The notes under the pieces: model-generated
Seen by the model: only the letters and a program-made list of their open reading frames with translations
What the model was told of the DNA's origin: nothing
Database searches by the model: none
Position numbers and translations under genes: made by a program
NCBI GenBank assembly: GCA_963765675.1
Contig: CAVXXK010000001.1
Location: 608,001-672,000 of the forward strand
Length of the DNA: 64,000 nucleotides
Direction of reading: 5' to 3'
From: an uncultured delta proteobacterium
GTDB taxonomy: Bacteria; Desulfobacterota; Binatia; Binatales; Binataceae
Shown: positions 29,639 through 41,610 of the stretch, piece after piece
Numbering within the stretch: position 1 is the stretch's first letter
Layout of the letters: each line of letters begins with the position of its first letter

Positions 29639-31897
29639 CTATTCCCTTACTTCGACGGTGACCGAGTGCGGCTTCTTCAGGACTTCGACGGCTACTGCGG
29701 TGTCGGTGCGGCGCATCAGGAGGGAGATCGATTCGGTGCCGACGCGGAGGTCTTCGAGCTTCAGCCATTGGAGCCAGGTCGGCATCGCGGGTGATTCGAT
29801 CGTTACTCGTTTGTCGGCGCCGCTGATGCTGAGCCCGAGCATCGCCTGCACGATTGGAAAGACGCTGGCCGCCGACCACGCTTGCGGATGGCAGGCGGTA
29901 GGGTACGGAACGGGGCCGAGCTCGGGACTGCGCTCGAAACCGCACAGCAGCTCGGGCAGGCTTCCGATCTGCAAGCGCACACCGCCGTTGAACAGCCCCT
30001 CGAGGATTCGGATGACGCCCTGGCGATCGCCCGAGCGCGCAAGGCCGATCGCGGCAAGGGCGTTGTCGTGCGGCCAGATCGATCCGTTGTGGTAGCTCAT
30101 CGGATTGTAGCGGCGCTCTTTCGCGCTGAGCGTGCGCACGCCCCATCCGGAAAACATATCGGGCGCGAGCAGCCGCTCACACATCGCGGTGGCATGCTCG
30201 CCGTCGACCAGGCCGGTCGCCAGGCAATGCGCCCCGTTGGAGGCCATCACTTCGCACTGATGCTTCTCGCCGTCTAGCGCGAGCGAAATCATAGCGCGCG
30301 ACTCGACCCAAAAGGCCGGTAAGAATGCGGCCTTGAGCGCCGCCGCGTGCGCGGTGAGTTTGGCCGCGACGTCGATCCGGCCCAGGCGCATCGCAACTTC
30401 GGAGATCCGCGTATAGGCCGCATAGACGTAGCCCTGCACTTCGGCCAGCGCGATCGGCGCCGTCGCGAGCGAGCCGTCGGCGTGCGAGATCGAATCGAAA
30501 GAGTCCTTCCAGCCCTGGTTGGAAAGCCCGCGCGGAGTTTTGCGGCTATATTCGACAAAGCCGTCACCGTCTATATCGCCCCATCGCTCGATCCATTCGA
30601 GCGCGCGCTCGATGTTGGGCCATAGCTCGCGCGCAAGCGTCAGGTCGCCGGTAACTTCCGCATGTTCACCGATCAGCCACAGGAACAGCGGCGTGGAGTC
30701 GACCGAGCCGTAGTAGCGGCCGAAAGGCACCTCGCCCGTCGCGGCCATCTCTCCGGCTCGGACTTCGTGAACGATCTTGCCCGGCACCTCATCGCGCGAG
30801 TCGTCGACTTTCGTCCCCTGCATCGCCGCCAGCGCGCGCAGCGTCTGGCCGGCGATATCGGGATTGAACGCCAGCAGCGAGAGCGAGGTGATGATACTGT
30901 CGCGGCCGAACAGGGTCGCGAACCACGGAATTCCGGCCATCATGAAGGTGCCGGCCGAGTCGATCCCGATGAGCGAGGTCAGGTCGGCGCTCGAAGCTTT
31001 GAGCAATCGGTTGAAGAGATCATCGCTGGTGCTGAGCTTGGCCCATTGACGATCGCGCGCGAAGATTTCTCCGCGTCGCAGCTCGAGTCCGCGATCGAAA
31101 TTCGGCGCGAAGCTGTCAGCCGCTATGGGAATTACCGCGGGCCGAGGCTCGAGGCTGCAGGTGATTCGCGTCTGGAGCGTCACCGACTGTTCGGGTTCGA
31201 GCTCGATCACGAACGAGGCGCAATCGCCGGTAAGCTTTACCGGAGGCGGGTCGAACGAAAGCTCGGTTATCCGGGCCACGTGGTCGAGTCCTTCGTACCG
31301 AAGCACGACCGAGCCCCGCTTCACCTTGGGGCGAGCGCGGGTACCCTTGCGCTTGCGTTTGACGCCGCGGACTTCGAACAAGTCGTCGAAATCGGAACCA
31401 AAGGAAAGATCGAGCGCGAAGCGCACCCGCTCGCGCGAATAGTTGCGAGCCTTAATGCGGTGGAACATCGCCGCGTCTGCGAGCACCCATCCGCGTTCGA
31501 TCTGAATCGATGTGCGCGGCACCGCGATCGCGCCGTCGCGCGCGCGCAGAAACGGATTGGTCAGGTTGATCACCAGCTCGGCGTTGTCGTCGCTCAGGTA
31601 GGAGTTGAGAAAGCAAGGCGCTTTGCCGTCGATCAGTATCTCGAAGCGGGAGAGAAACCGGGTGTCGCGATGAAACAGTCCCAACGCTTCCAGTGGCGAT
31701 ACCGCTATATCTCCGGTGGTGTCGAAAACCGCGAAGCTCTGCGCGTGGGCCAGCACGCGGCCGTCAACCGTGGTCGCGCCCGAAGAGGCAAGAACGTAGT
31801 ACTCGGAGCCGACCTTGAGCGTGATCGGCGCATGGCGCGGCGCGCGAGGTTTACGGCGGCGCGGTTTGGACACGCGCGAGGGCTGGAGCTTCTTCAT
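29639..31897 (-). CDS. Amylo-alpha-1,6-glucosidase / glycogen debranching enzyme family
   Basis: GLFHRDTRFLS, AGIPWFATLFGRDS, PGKIVHE, YYGSVDSTPL, NQGWKDS, YHNGSIWPHDN, ACHPQAWS. Confidence 0.93.
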   Translation of the reverse strand: MKKLQPSRVSKPRRRKPRAPRHAPITLKVGSEYYVLASSGATTVDGRVLAHAQSFAVFDTTGDIAVSPLEALGLFHRDTRFLSRFEILIDGKAPCFLNSYLSDDNAELVINLTNPFLRARDGAIAVPRTSIQIERGWVLADAAMFHRIKARNYSRERVRFALDLSFGSDFDDLFEVRGVKRKRKGTRARPKVKRGSVVLRYEGLDHVARITELSFDPPPVKLTGDCASFVIELEPEQSVTLQTRITCSLEPRPAVIPIAADSFAPNFDRGLELRRGEIFARDRQWAKLSTSDDLFNRLLKASSADLTSLIGIDSAGTFMMAGIPWFATLFGRDSIITSLSLLAFNPDIAGQTLRALAAMQGTKVDDSRDEVPGKIVHEVRAGEMAATGEVPFGRYYGSVDSTPLFLWLIGEHAEVTGDLTLARELWPNIERALEWIERWGDIDGDGFVEYSRKTPRGLSNQGWKDSFDSISHADGSLATAPIALAEVQGYVYAAYTRISEVAMRLGRIDVAAKLTAHAAALKAAFLPAFWVESRAMISLALDGEKHQCEVMASNGAHCLATGLVDGEHATAMCERLLAPDMFSGWGVRTLSAKERRYNPMSYHNGSIWPHDNALAAIGLARSGDRQGVIRILEGLFNGGVRLQIGSLPELLCGFERSPELGPVPYPTACHPQAWSAASVFPIVQAMLGLSISGADKRVTIESPAMPTWLQWLKLEDLRVGTESISLLMRRTDTAVAVEVLKKPHSVTVEVRE

Positions 31898-31982
31898 CGC
31901 GCGGCGCTCATCGCGTCGGACAAGACGGGACAGGAGAGGATATGACGCGGTGAGTTTTCACGATGGCTGTTTCCATGGCGCG

Positions 31983-33077
31983 CTATTTGACGGTGGATTT
32001 CGCCTCGGCGATGAGCCGCCGGAAAAGGCGCTCATAGTTATCTACTTGCACGTCAACCGAGAACCGCGCTTCGAACTCCGCGCGGCATCCCTGGCGCGAA
32101 ATCCCCCCGACCTTCTTCACGGCTGCCGTCATTTCTTCGGTGGTGCTCGCGATCATTCCCGTCACGCCCTGCTTGATGATCTCAGGCACCGAGCCGCAGG
32201 GCCGCGCCACGATTGGCGTGCCGCACGCCATCGATTCGATCATCGTGAGTCCGAAAGGCTCGGGCCAATCTATCGGAAACATCAGCGCGAGCGCATTGCC
32301 CAGGAACTCGTTCTTTTCGACTTCGTTGATCTCGCCGATATACTCGATGTCAGGCGGCGACAGGCGCGGCTCGATCACGGCTTCGAAGTAGGCTTTATCT
32401 ACAACATCGACCTTGGCCGCGAGTTTCAGCGGTATTCCCACCTTGCGCGCGACATCGATCGCAAGGTCGGGGCGCTTCTCCGGAGAGATCCGCCCCAGAA
32501 AAGCCAGGTACTTGCCGGGTCCCGGACTGAAGCGCAGAAGGTCGCGCGGCAATCCGTGATAGATCGTCTCGACCCAATTCATGAACTGGAGCGGCACGCG
32601 TTGCGCGTCGCTGATCGAGACCACGGGAGTATCGCGGTAGCGATGGTAGATCGGGCGCAGGTCGTCGATATCGAGCCGCCCATGCATCGTGGCTACGGTA
32701 GGCACCTTGACCAGCCGCGCGAATGGAAAGCTCCAATAATCGATATGCGAATGGATAATGTCGAAGCGATTCTCGACGTCGTCGTAGGCGTCGCTGATCA
32801 TCGGAAGCTGGATAAAGGTGCCAAGTTCGGGCTTGCCCGCCAGGCGCAGCGCGGTCGGATATCCGGGTGACAGCTTGGCCTTGGTGATCGAATCACCCGA
32901 GGCGAACAGCGTCACCTCATGGCCGCGGCGCACCAACTCCTCGGTGATATAGGAAACGACCCGCTCGGTGCCGCCGTACAGCTTGGGTGGAACCCTCTCG
33001 TACAACGGCGCGATCTGCGCGATTCGAAGCGGCCGCGAACCGGCGCGGCCCTGCGATGCATCAGCTCTGTCTTCCAA
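31983..33077 (-). CDS. Glycosyltransferase family 4
   Basis: IAQIAPLYERVPPKLYGGTERVV, FLGRISPEK, WPEPFGLTMIESMACGTP. Confidence 0.93.
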   Translation of the reverse strand: MEDRADASQGRAGSRPLRIAQIAPLYERVPPKLYGGTERVVSYITEELVRRGHEVTLFASGDSITKAKLSPGYPTALRLAGKPELGTFIQLPMISDAYDDVENRFDIIHSHIDYWSFPFARLVKVPTVATMHGRLDIDDLRPIYHRYRDTPVVSISDAQRVPLQFMNWVETIYHGLPRDLLRFSPGPGKYLAFLGRISPEKRPDLAIDVARKVGIPLKLAAKVDVVDKAYFEAVIEPRLSPPDIEYIGEINEVEKNEFLGNALALMFPIDWPEPFGLTMIESMACGTPIVARPCGSVPEIIKQGVTGMIASTTEEMTAAVKKVGGISRQGCRAEFEARFSVDVQVDNYERLFRRLIAEAKSTVK

Positions 33078-33353
33078 TCTCCGCTACTCCTTCCTTTAAG
33101 TGATACGCGGCATGGCGCCTATCCGCCAGCGTGTCTCTCAATTATGGCAGCACCGACGCGACCCGAAAATATAAGAATTTGGGGGCGGCTGGCTAGCTTC
33201 GGCATCGGAGCAGGATCGCTTGGGCAAATTTCTTCGGGAGCGGCTGGATACGCTCAACCCGAACCGGCACAATGGAGCCTCGGCGGTCGGTGAGCGCCGA
33301 CCGATGATCCGCCGTCCGGTTCTTCCGAGGTTGCTCAAAGGACTAACGCAGGC

Positions 33354-35804
<2,451 letters not shown>

Positions 35805-35834
35805 TACCGCACCGGGCTGCATCTGAAATCTACT

Positions 35835-36575
35835 TCAGGCGGGCGCGGTCAGCGCGACATGCGCCTCGGGATAGAAGGCCTGCGCGAATGATGGCCGCGC
35901 CTGCATCCGCGCGTACCAATCCTGAAAGTGAGGCAATCCCTCCCACACGCTTTCGATGCCAAGATCGGACATCCTGACGATCGTCGGCAATACGCAAAGA
36001 TCGGCAAGTGAGATCTGTTCACCGGCAAGCCATCGCGATTCGGCGCCTGCCGCGGCGTCGATACGTTCGACGGTCTGACGCAGCCGCTCGAGCGATTCGT
36101 CCACCTGCTCCTTTGAAAACCCGGTGGTGCCAAATCGTCGGTAGTGGCCCTTGCGCAGCGGGGTGGCCGCGATATACCGCTCGCGCGCCCGCTCGCTCAT
36201 CGCGCTCCATCCCGCGAGGAACAGTCCGTTGAACGATGGAATCCGAATCGAGGCGGTCGGAACCTCCTCGATATAACGCAGCCACGCGCGTACTTTGGCG
36301 CGCCCGTACGGCGTCTCGGGCATCAAGCGCGTGCCTTGATGAGGCGCGATCTCCTCGAGATATTCGCAGATCACAGAGGAGTCGATCACAGAACGCCCGT
36401 CGTCGAGCAGCGTCGGAACCACGCCGTTAGGATTGAGCTTCAGGTAGGCCGGCGTGAGATGCGCGCCGGCGGCGAAATCGATCGGATGACCGGTCCACGC
36501 AAGCCCTTTCTCGGCGAGACACAGGCGGACCTTCTGGCTGCACGTCGAGATATGGGCGTGATAAAGCTCGAGCAT
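35835..36575 (-). CDS. Glutathione S-transferase family protein (S-x-C-S N-terminal motif)
   Basis: LYHAHISTCSQKVRL, LNPNGVVPTL, SSVICEYLEE, SLADL. Confidence 0.9.
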   Translation of the reverse strand: MLELYHAHISTCSQKVRLCLAEKGLAWTGHPIDFAAGAHLTPAYLKLNPNGVVPTLLDDGRSVIDSSVICEYLEEIAPHQGTRLMPETPYGRAKVRAWLRYIEEVPTASIRIPSFNGLFLAGWSAMSERARERYIAATPLRKGHYRRFGTTGFSKEQVDESLERLRQTVERIDAAAGAESRWLAGEQISLADLCVLPTIVRMSDLGIESVWEGLPHFQDWYARMQARPSFAQAFYPEAHVALTAPA

Positions 36576-36586
36576 CGCGATCGGAC

Positions 36587-37768
36587 CTAAGCGGCGCGCG
36601 CCTCCGGGAATATCCGCAGAAAATTCTCCGAATAGAACCGGTTGCGAATCTCTTCCGAGCGATCGCCCAGCGCGCCCTCGAAGCGGGAAATAGGATTACG
36701 GCCACCTTCCGTATGCGGATAGTCACTCGAGAATAGATACAGATCCGGATTCGATTCGTCGATCAATGCACCAACCGGTTCAAAAACAAACGGAGTAAAC
36801 GCCATCTGCTGAGTGAGCTGCTCGGACGGAGCGCGGGTGAACTTGGAGAGGTTCGCGTCGGTTTTTCGCCAAATCTGAACTACCCAATCCAGGCGGCTCA
36901 GCAGCGACGGCACCCATCCGGCCCCAAGCTCGACGCACGCACCGCGCAGCTTTGGAAAGCGCTCGAAGACGCCGTCGATCAGCATCATCGAGAGGAATGT
37001 CTCCGGCCCCTGATGCAGCACCGCGACGTCCTTGGTGCGCAGATTCTCACCGCCGCCCATCCAGTCTTTGACCGGCGCTCTGCCGTTGTTCATCCACGCC
37101 TTGTCGAGCTGCAAGGGCGATCCGCCGACGTGCAGGACAAACGGGATGCCCGCGTCGGCGAGCGTCGCCCAAAAGCGATCGAACGCGATATGGCCCGGTG
37201 ATTTGTCGCCGCACACGCGATGCGGAACCCAAACCGCCTTCAGTCCGTTCTTGATCGCGAAATCAAGTTCCTCGAGTGCGAGTTCCGGTTCGTCGAGCGG
37301 CGCGGCAGCGACCCCCAGGAGGCGCCGATCGCGTGAGCAGAACTCCGCCATGTGCCGGTTATGCGCACGAGCTGCGGCGTAGCGGATCCGCGGCGATATT
37401 TTTGAACTCGGCGAAAACGGCATCGCGAGGCTGTGAGTCGCAAACACGAGCTGGCTTTTGAAGCCCAGCATATCGAGCGCGACCGAGCGCTCGGGACTGT
37501 CGAACGCGCCGAGCGCCTGAATCTCTTTCGATCGCTCAATCAGATGATCGCCAAGCGACAGAAGTTCGGCGACATGCTCCTGGCTGTGGCGGCCGCCGCG
37601 CGACATGATTTCGGCGACTTCCTCGTCGGTGACGAGCGAGGCGCTGTAACTGACCGCGGGAATCTGCGCGCGCAGTTCGGGATCGGCATAGCGCTGCAGG
37701 AAATCCGGCAGCTCCATGATATGGCTGTCGGCGTCGTAGAATGGCCGATTGTCGGGTGCGTAAGCCAT
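36587..37768 (-). CDS. Amidohydrolase_2 family metallohydrolase
   Basis: YDADSHIME, VLHVG, GVFERFPKL, ELGAGWVP, FSSDYPHTEG. Confidence 0.88.
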   Translation of the reverse strand: MAYAPDNRPFYDADSHIMELPDFLQRYADPELRAQIPAVSYSASLVTDEEVAEIMSRGGRHSQEHVAELLSLGDHLIERSKEIQALGAFDSPERSVALDMLGFKSQLVFATHSLAMPFSPSSKISPRIRYAAARAHNRHMAEFCSRDRRLLGVAAAPLDEPELALEELDFAIKNGLKAVWVPHRVCGDKSPGHIAFDRFWATLADAGIPFVLHVGGSPLQLDKAWMNNGRAPVKDWMGGGENLRTKDVAVLHQGPETFLSMMLIDGVFERFPKLRGACVELGAGWVPSLLSRLDWVVQIWRKTDANLSKFTRAPSEQLTQQMAFTPFVFEPVGALIDESNPDLYLFSSDYPHTEGGRNPISRFEGALGDRSEEIRNRFYSENFLRIFPEARAA

Positions 37769-37825
37769 GACGATACCTCTTGGCTGGACTGTTCTAGCGG
37801 GCCGATTGAAGCACGAAACCAGCGC

Positions 37826-38200
37826 TCAAATCCAACTGCCGAGCACGATCCCCGCGATGACGGCGACTCCACCGGTGACCACGCTGCCGATTAGATAGGT
37901 TGCGCCGAGCAGCATTTCACCGGCCTGAAACAGCCGCGCCGATTCATATTCGAAAGTCGAAAAGGTCGTGTAGCCGCCGACGAATCCCACCGCAAAAAAT
38001 AGCCGCCAATAGGGACTCAGCGAGACTCGCTCTTCGGCGAACGCGAGGAACAGCCCGATTATGAAGCTTCCCGTCACGTTGATCACAAAGGTTCCGTACG
38101 GAAAGGTGGCGCCGAAGCGCGAGGCAAACCATCCACCCACCAAATAGCGCGCGACCGATCCCATCGCTCCGCCGATCGCAACCGATATGGCTCCCAGCAC
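37826..38200 (-). CDS. crcB: Fluoride efflux channel Fluc/CrcB
   Basis: GGAMGSVARY, FPYGTFVINVTGSF, GFVGGYTTFSTF signature. Confidence 0.97.
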   Translation of the reverse strand: MLGAISVAIGGAMGSVARYLVGGWFASRFGATFPYGTFVINVTGSFIIGLFLAFAEERVSLSPYWRLFFAVGFVGGYTTFSTFEYESARLFQAGEMLLGATYLIGSVVTGGVAVIAGIVLGSWI

Positions 38201-38224
38201 TGGTCAAGTCCTTCCTGGCGCGGT

Positions 38225-39514
38225 TCAAGCCAGAAGCGCCCGCAACATCTCCGTCCGCCCGACGATCCCGACCAACTTGCCCTCGCCGTCGACCACGGGC
38301 ATGCGTTTGACTCTTTTCTCCGCGGAGAGCACCAGCGCGCTCACCACCGGCATCTTGTCTCTTACTGTTATAACTTCCGGCGTCATTAGGTCCCGGGCCG
38401 AGCGCGCGCGCAGCTTACGGATATCTTTGCTCGCGTCGGTGCTAATCTTTCCGATCGGAATCCTGGACACGAGAATTTCGAGCAGCCCGGGCGAGCCCTC
38501 GCGGCTGAGCTTCGCGATCAAATCCGAATCGGCGATGATGCCGGCAACATGCTGATCGTCGTCCACTACCACCACGCGCTTGTGCGAGGACGCGACCAGG
38601 AGATCGAAGATTTGCTCGATCGTCGCCGACTCGTGAAGGGTCGGCACCTCGCGGGACATTACGTCGCACACCGCCGCGGAGGGATCAGCGGCAGGAGCGT
38701 CGGGACGCCACTCCGGCAGATGAACCGCGGCGATTGTATTCAGGATGTCGAGGCGGCCGAGAATCCCGACCAGCGTTCCATTCTTGTCGACGACCGGCAG
38801 GCGTTTGAGTCGTTTGTCCACCATCACTCGCGCCGCGGCCCCGAGCACGGTGTCAGGAGTCGTCGTCACCACCGGCGCGGTCATTATCTCGGACACTTTA
38901 CGATGCGGATCTTCGAGCGACTCATGCAGCTTGCGCACGAACTCCGGGTCGGCCATTGCCTTGCGAAGACTGATGGTCAGTTTCATTCCGCCGCGCGTCA
39001 GGAGGTCGTTGTCGCTGACCATGCCGACAACTTTGCGCTGCGCGTCGATTACCGGAACCGCGGTAAAATTCTTGCCGAGCAACAGCTCGACAACCTGCGT
39101 GATCGGACTATCGGGATTCACGGTCGCGACTTCGCTGCGCATAACCTCGGAGACATTTACGTCGGGCAAGCCTTCCCTGAACGGAGCGCCCGACTGGAGC
39201 ACGTCAACTTCTTGAGCCGTGATAAGCGCGTTGGGCGCCATCTCGCGCACCGCGGCGATCACTCGGTCGATCCGCGCCGGGCGATCGATCACAGTAATCG
39301 TGATTGGCATGTCCATCGAGAGCCGCAGGATTGCCGAAGTATGGATCAGCGACGACGCGCCAAAGCCGGCAATCCCGCGAGTCGCGGTGGCTCCGCTGCA
39401 TCCTTCGCGCCTTAGCAACTCGATGAGCGCCATGTACAGCGCTTTATGTTCGTACTGATCGGTTTCGCCGAAGTAGATGTTCAGTTGCTTGCCCTTTCCG
39501 GTAAACATCATCAC
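38225..39514 (-). CDS. DUF190 (PII-like) domain fused to four CBS domains
   Basis: N-terminal IYFGETDQY...GATATRGIAGFG...IHTSAILRLSMDMPI (DUF190), then VSEVM.../VSEIM.../VCDVM.../ARDLM... CBS repeats. Confidence 0.9.
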   Translation of the reverse strand: MMMFTGKGKQLNIYFGETDQYEHKALYMALIELLRREGCSGATATRGIAGFGASSLIHTSAILRLSMDMPITITVIDRPARIDRVIAAVREMAPNALITAQEVDVLQSGAPFREGLPDVNVSEVMRSEVATVNPDSPITQVVELLLGKNFTAVPVIDAQRKVVGMVSDNDLLTRGGMKLTISLRKAMADPEFVRKLHESLEDPHRKVSEIMTAPVVTTTPDTVLGAAARVMVDKRLKRLPVVDKNGTLVGILGRLDILNTIAAVHLPEWRPDAPAADPSAAVCDVMSREVPTLHESATIEQIFDLLVASSHKRVVVVDDDQHVAGIIADSDLIAKLSREGSPGLLEILVSRIPIGKISTDASKDIRKLRARSARDLMTPEVITVRDKMPVVSALVLSAEKRVKRMPVVDGEGKLVGIVGRTEMLRALLA

Positions 39515-39639
39515 GCACCTCCCGCGACTGGATCACCGCACGCACCGACACGACGCATGCGGCTCTCAGAGCTTAGCAGATGCAAGATGCTGGCAACTGA
39601 ACGCATGGCTCTGTCCTTGCGGCAGAGCCCTTTCAAACG

Positions 39640-39673
39640 AAAAGCCCCTACCTGTGTTTAACACCTGTAGGGG
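39640..39673 (-). terminator. Intrinsic terminator (expression platform of riboswitch 1)
   Basis: CCCCUAC-AG-GUGU-UAA-ACAC-AG-GUAGGGG followed by CUUUUCGUUU; the 5' arm overlaps the aptamer's GACCCCU strand. Confidence 0.85.
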
Positions 39674-39721
39674 TCATCAGCTCACTCAGACGGGAGCGGT
39701 TATCGGTGAACCCCATCACCG
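39667..39721 (-). ncRNA. Fluoride riboswitch (crcB motif) upstream of DUF190-CBS and crcB
   Basis: GGUGA-UGGGGU-UCACC-GAUAACC-GCUC...GAGC-UGAU-GACCCCU-AC: P1, P2 and the GGGGU/ACCCC pseudoknot all present. Confidence 0.95.
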
Positions 39722-39732
39722 TTCGCGACTCC

Positions 39733-39761
39733 AATAAACAATCGACGGCCAACGCAGTCAA
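39733..39761 (-). promoter_or_regulatory. Putative sigma70 promoter for the riboswitch-1 transcript
   Basis: TTGACT-N17-TTTATT about 12 nt upstream of the aptamer. Confidence 0.45.
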
Positions 39762-39784
39762 GTCGGCTCCGCAAGCCGCCGGGA

Positions 39785-41458
39785 TCAATCAGTTACCGCG
39801 CCCAGACTGCTCGACGACACCTGGGCCGCGTATTTGGACAACACGCCGCGCGTATAACGTGGCGCGGGCGCCTTCCAGGCCGAGCGCCGGCGCGCGATTT
39901 CGTTTTCCGGGACATTTAATTGCAGCACCAGGCGATCGCCGTCGATCGTGATTGAATCGCCTTCATGCACCAGCGCGATCAGTCCGCCGATCTGCGCTTC
40001 CGGCGCGACATGTCCGACCACCAGACCGTAGGTCCCGCCGGAGAATCGTCCATCCGTAATCAGACCCACCGAACCGCCAAGTCCCGCGCCGATCAGCGCC
40101 GACGTCGGCGACAGCATCTCGCGCATCCCGGGTCCGCCTCGCGGACCCTCGTACCTGATCACCAACACGTCGCCGGCTTTGATCTTTCCCTCGAGGATCG
40201 CCTTAAGTGAATCCTCTTCGCACTCGAACACTCGCGCGGGCCCGGTTATCTGGCGGCTCTTTATACCCGTGATTTTCGCGACCGCGCCTTCGCTGGCAAG
40301 GTTGCCGCGCAGGATCGCCAGATGCCCCTGCGCGTACATCGGATGCTCCCACGGATGGATCACGTCCTGATCCGCACGCGGAGCCGCGGGTACTTCGGCC
40401 AGGTTCTCCGCGATAGTCTTGCCCGTAATCGTCATCTCTTCGCCGTGAAGCAGGCCATGCGCGAGCAGCATCTTCATTACTTGCGGAATTCCGCCGGCTC
40501 GATGCAGATCGGTCGCGACGTATTTTCCGGAAGGCTTCAAGTCGCACAGCACCGGCACTCGACGGCGGATGGTTTCGAAGTCGTCGATCTTAAGCGGCAC
40601 TCGCGCCGCGTGCGCCATCGCCAGCAGATGCAGCACCGCGTTGGTCGAGCCTCCGACCGCCATCACCACCGCGATCGCGTTCTCGAATGCGTTGCGCGTC
40701 ATGATCTGGCGCGGAAGAAGCTGGCGGCGAATCGCTTCGACCAGCACCTCGCCCGAGCGCGCCGCGCTGTCGGCCTTCTCCGGATCGACCGCCGCCATGG
40801 TCGAGGAATACGGCAGGCTCATCCCCATCGCTTCGATCGCCGAGGACATCGTGTTGGCGGTGTACATCCCGCCGCAGGATCCTGCTCCCGGACAGGCGCG
40901 GCGTTCCACCTCGAGCAAGTCGTGCTCGCTTATCCGGTGAGCGCTGAATTCTCCCACCGCCTCGAATGAGCTTACGATAGTCAGATCTTTGCCGTTGTAA
41001 TGTCCGGGCTTGATCGTTCCGCCATAAACGAATATCGCCGGGATATTCATCCGCGCGATCGCGATCATCGCGCCCGGCATGTTCTTGTCGCATCCGCCGA
41101 TCGTGACCACGCCGTCCATCGCCTGCGCGCCGCATGCGGTCTCGATCGAATCTGCAATCACCTCGCGCGAGACCAGAGAATATTTCATCCCTTCCGTGCC
41201 CATCGCGATCCCGTCGCTGACGGTGATCGTGCCGAACACCTGCGGCATCGCGCCCGCGCCCTTGATCGCCGCTTCCGCGCGCTCGGCGAGGACGTTCAGG
41301 CTCATGTTGCAAGGCGTGATCGTGCTGTAGGAATTGGCGACGCCGACGATCGGCTTTTCGAAGTCGCGATCGGTAAACCCGACCGCGCGCAACATCGCCC
41401 GGTTAGGCGAACGCTGAACGCCTTGCGTGATCTCTTTGCTTTTCAGATTTTCTTGCAT
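39785..41458 (-). CDS. ilvD: Dihydroxy-acid dehydratase
   Basis: [63 protein letters not shown]. Confidence 0.97.
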   Translation of the reverse strand: MQENLKSKEITQGVQRSPNRAMLRAVGFTDRDFEKPIVGVANSYSTITPCNMSLNVLAERAEAAIKGAGAMPQVFGTITVSDGIAMGTEGMKYSLVSREVIADSIETACGAQAMDGVVTIGGCDKNMPGAMIAIARMNIPAIFVYGGTIKPGHYNGKDLTIVSSFEAVGEFSAHRISEHDLLEVERRACPGAGSCGGMYTANTMSSAIEAMGMSLPYSSTMAAVDPEKADSAARSGEVLVEAIRRQLLPRQIMTRNAFENAIAVVMAVGGSTNAVLHLLAMAHAARVPLKIDDFETIRRRVPVLCDLKPSGKYVATDLHRAGGIPQVMKMLLAHGLLHGEEMTITGKTIAENLAEVPAAPRADQDVIHPWEHPMYAQGHLAILRGNLASEGAVAKITGIKSRQITGPARVFECEEDSLKAILEGKIKAGDVLVIRYEGPRGGPGMREMLSPTSALIGAGLGGSVGLITDGRFSGGTYGLVVGHVAPEAQIGGLIALVHEGDSITIDGDRLVLQLNVPENEIARRRSAWKAPAPRYTRGVLSKYAAQVSSSSLGAVTD

Positions 41459-41503
41459 GGCAATTTTCGCGATTGAAATTCGCTCGCGCTCCCAGAAAAA
41501 CTT

Positions 41504-41533
41504 AAAACCCCTACGGCTGTCCGCCCGCAGGGG
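41504..41533 (-). terminator. Intrinsic terminator (expression platform of riboswitch 2)
   Basis: CCCCUGCGG-gcggacag-CCGUAGGGG followed by UUUUAAGUUUUU, upstream of the ilvD ATG. Confidence 0.85.
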
Positions 41534-41593
41534 TCATCAGCCCTCTGAACTGCAACGTAATAGAGAGCGGTTATCCGGTGAACCCCATCACCG
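41527..41593 (-). ncRNA. Fluoride riboswitch (crcB motif) upstream of ilvD
   Basis: GGUGA-UGGGGU-UCACC-GGAUAACC-GCUCUCU...AGAGGGC-UGAU-GACCCCU-GC. Confidence 0.93.
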
Positions 41594-41610
41594 CTAGCGC
41601 GTTCATCATT

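Noticed and set aside
29091-29827. Diversity-generating retroelement template/variable repeat pair
   Set aside because: Only two mismatches, with no pattern of adenine-specific variation, and no reverse transcriptase in the window.
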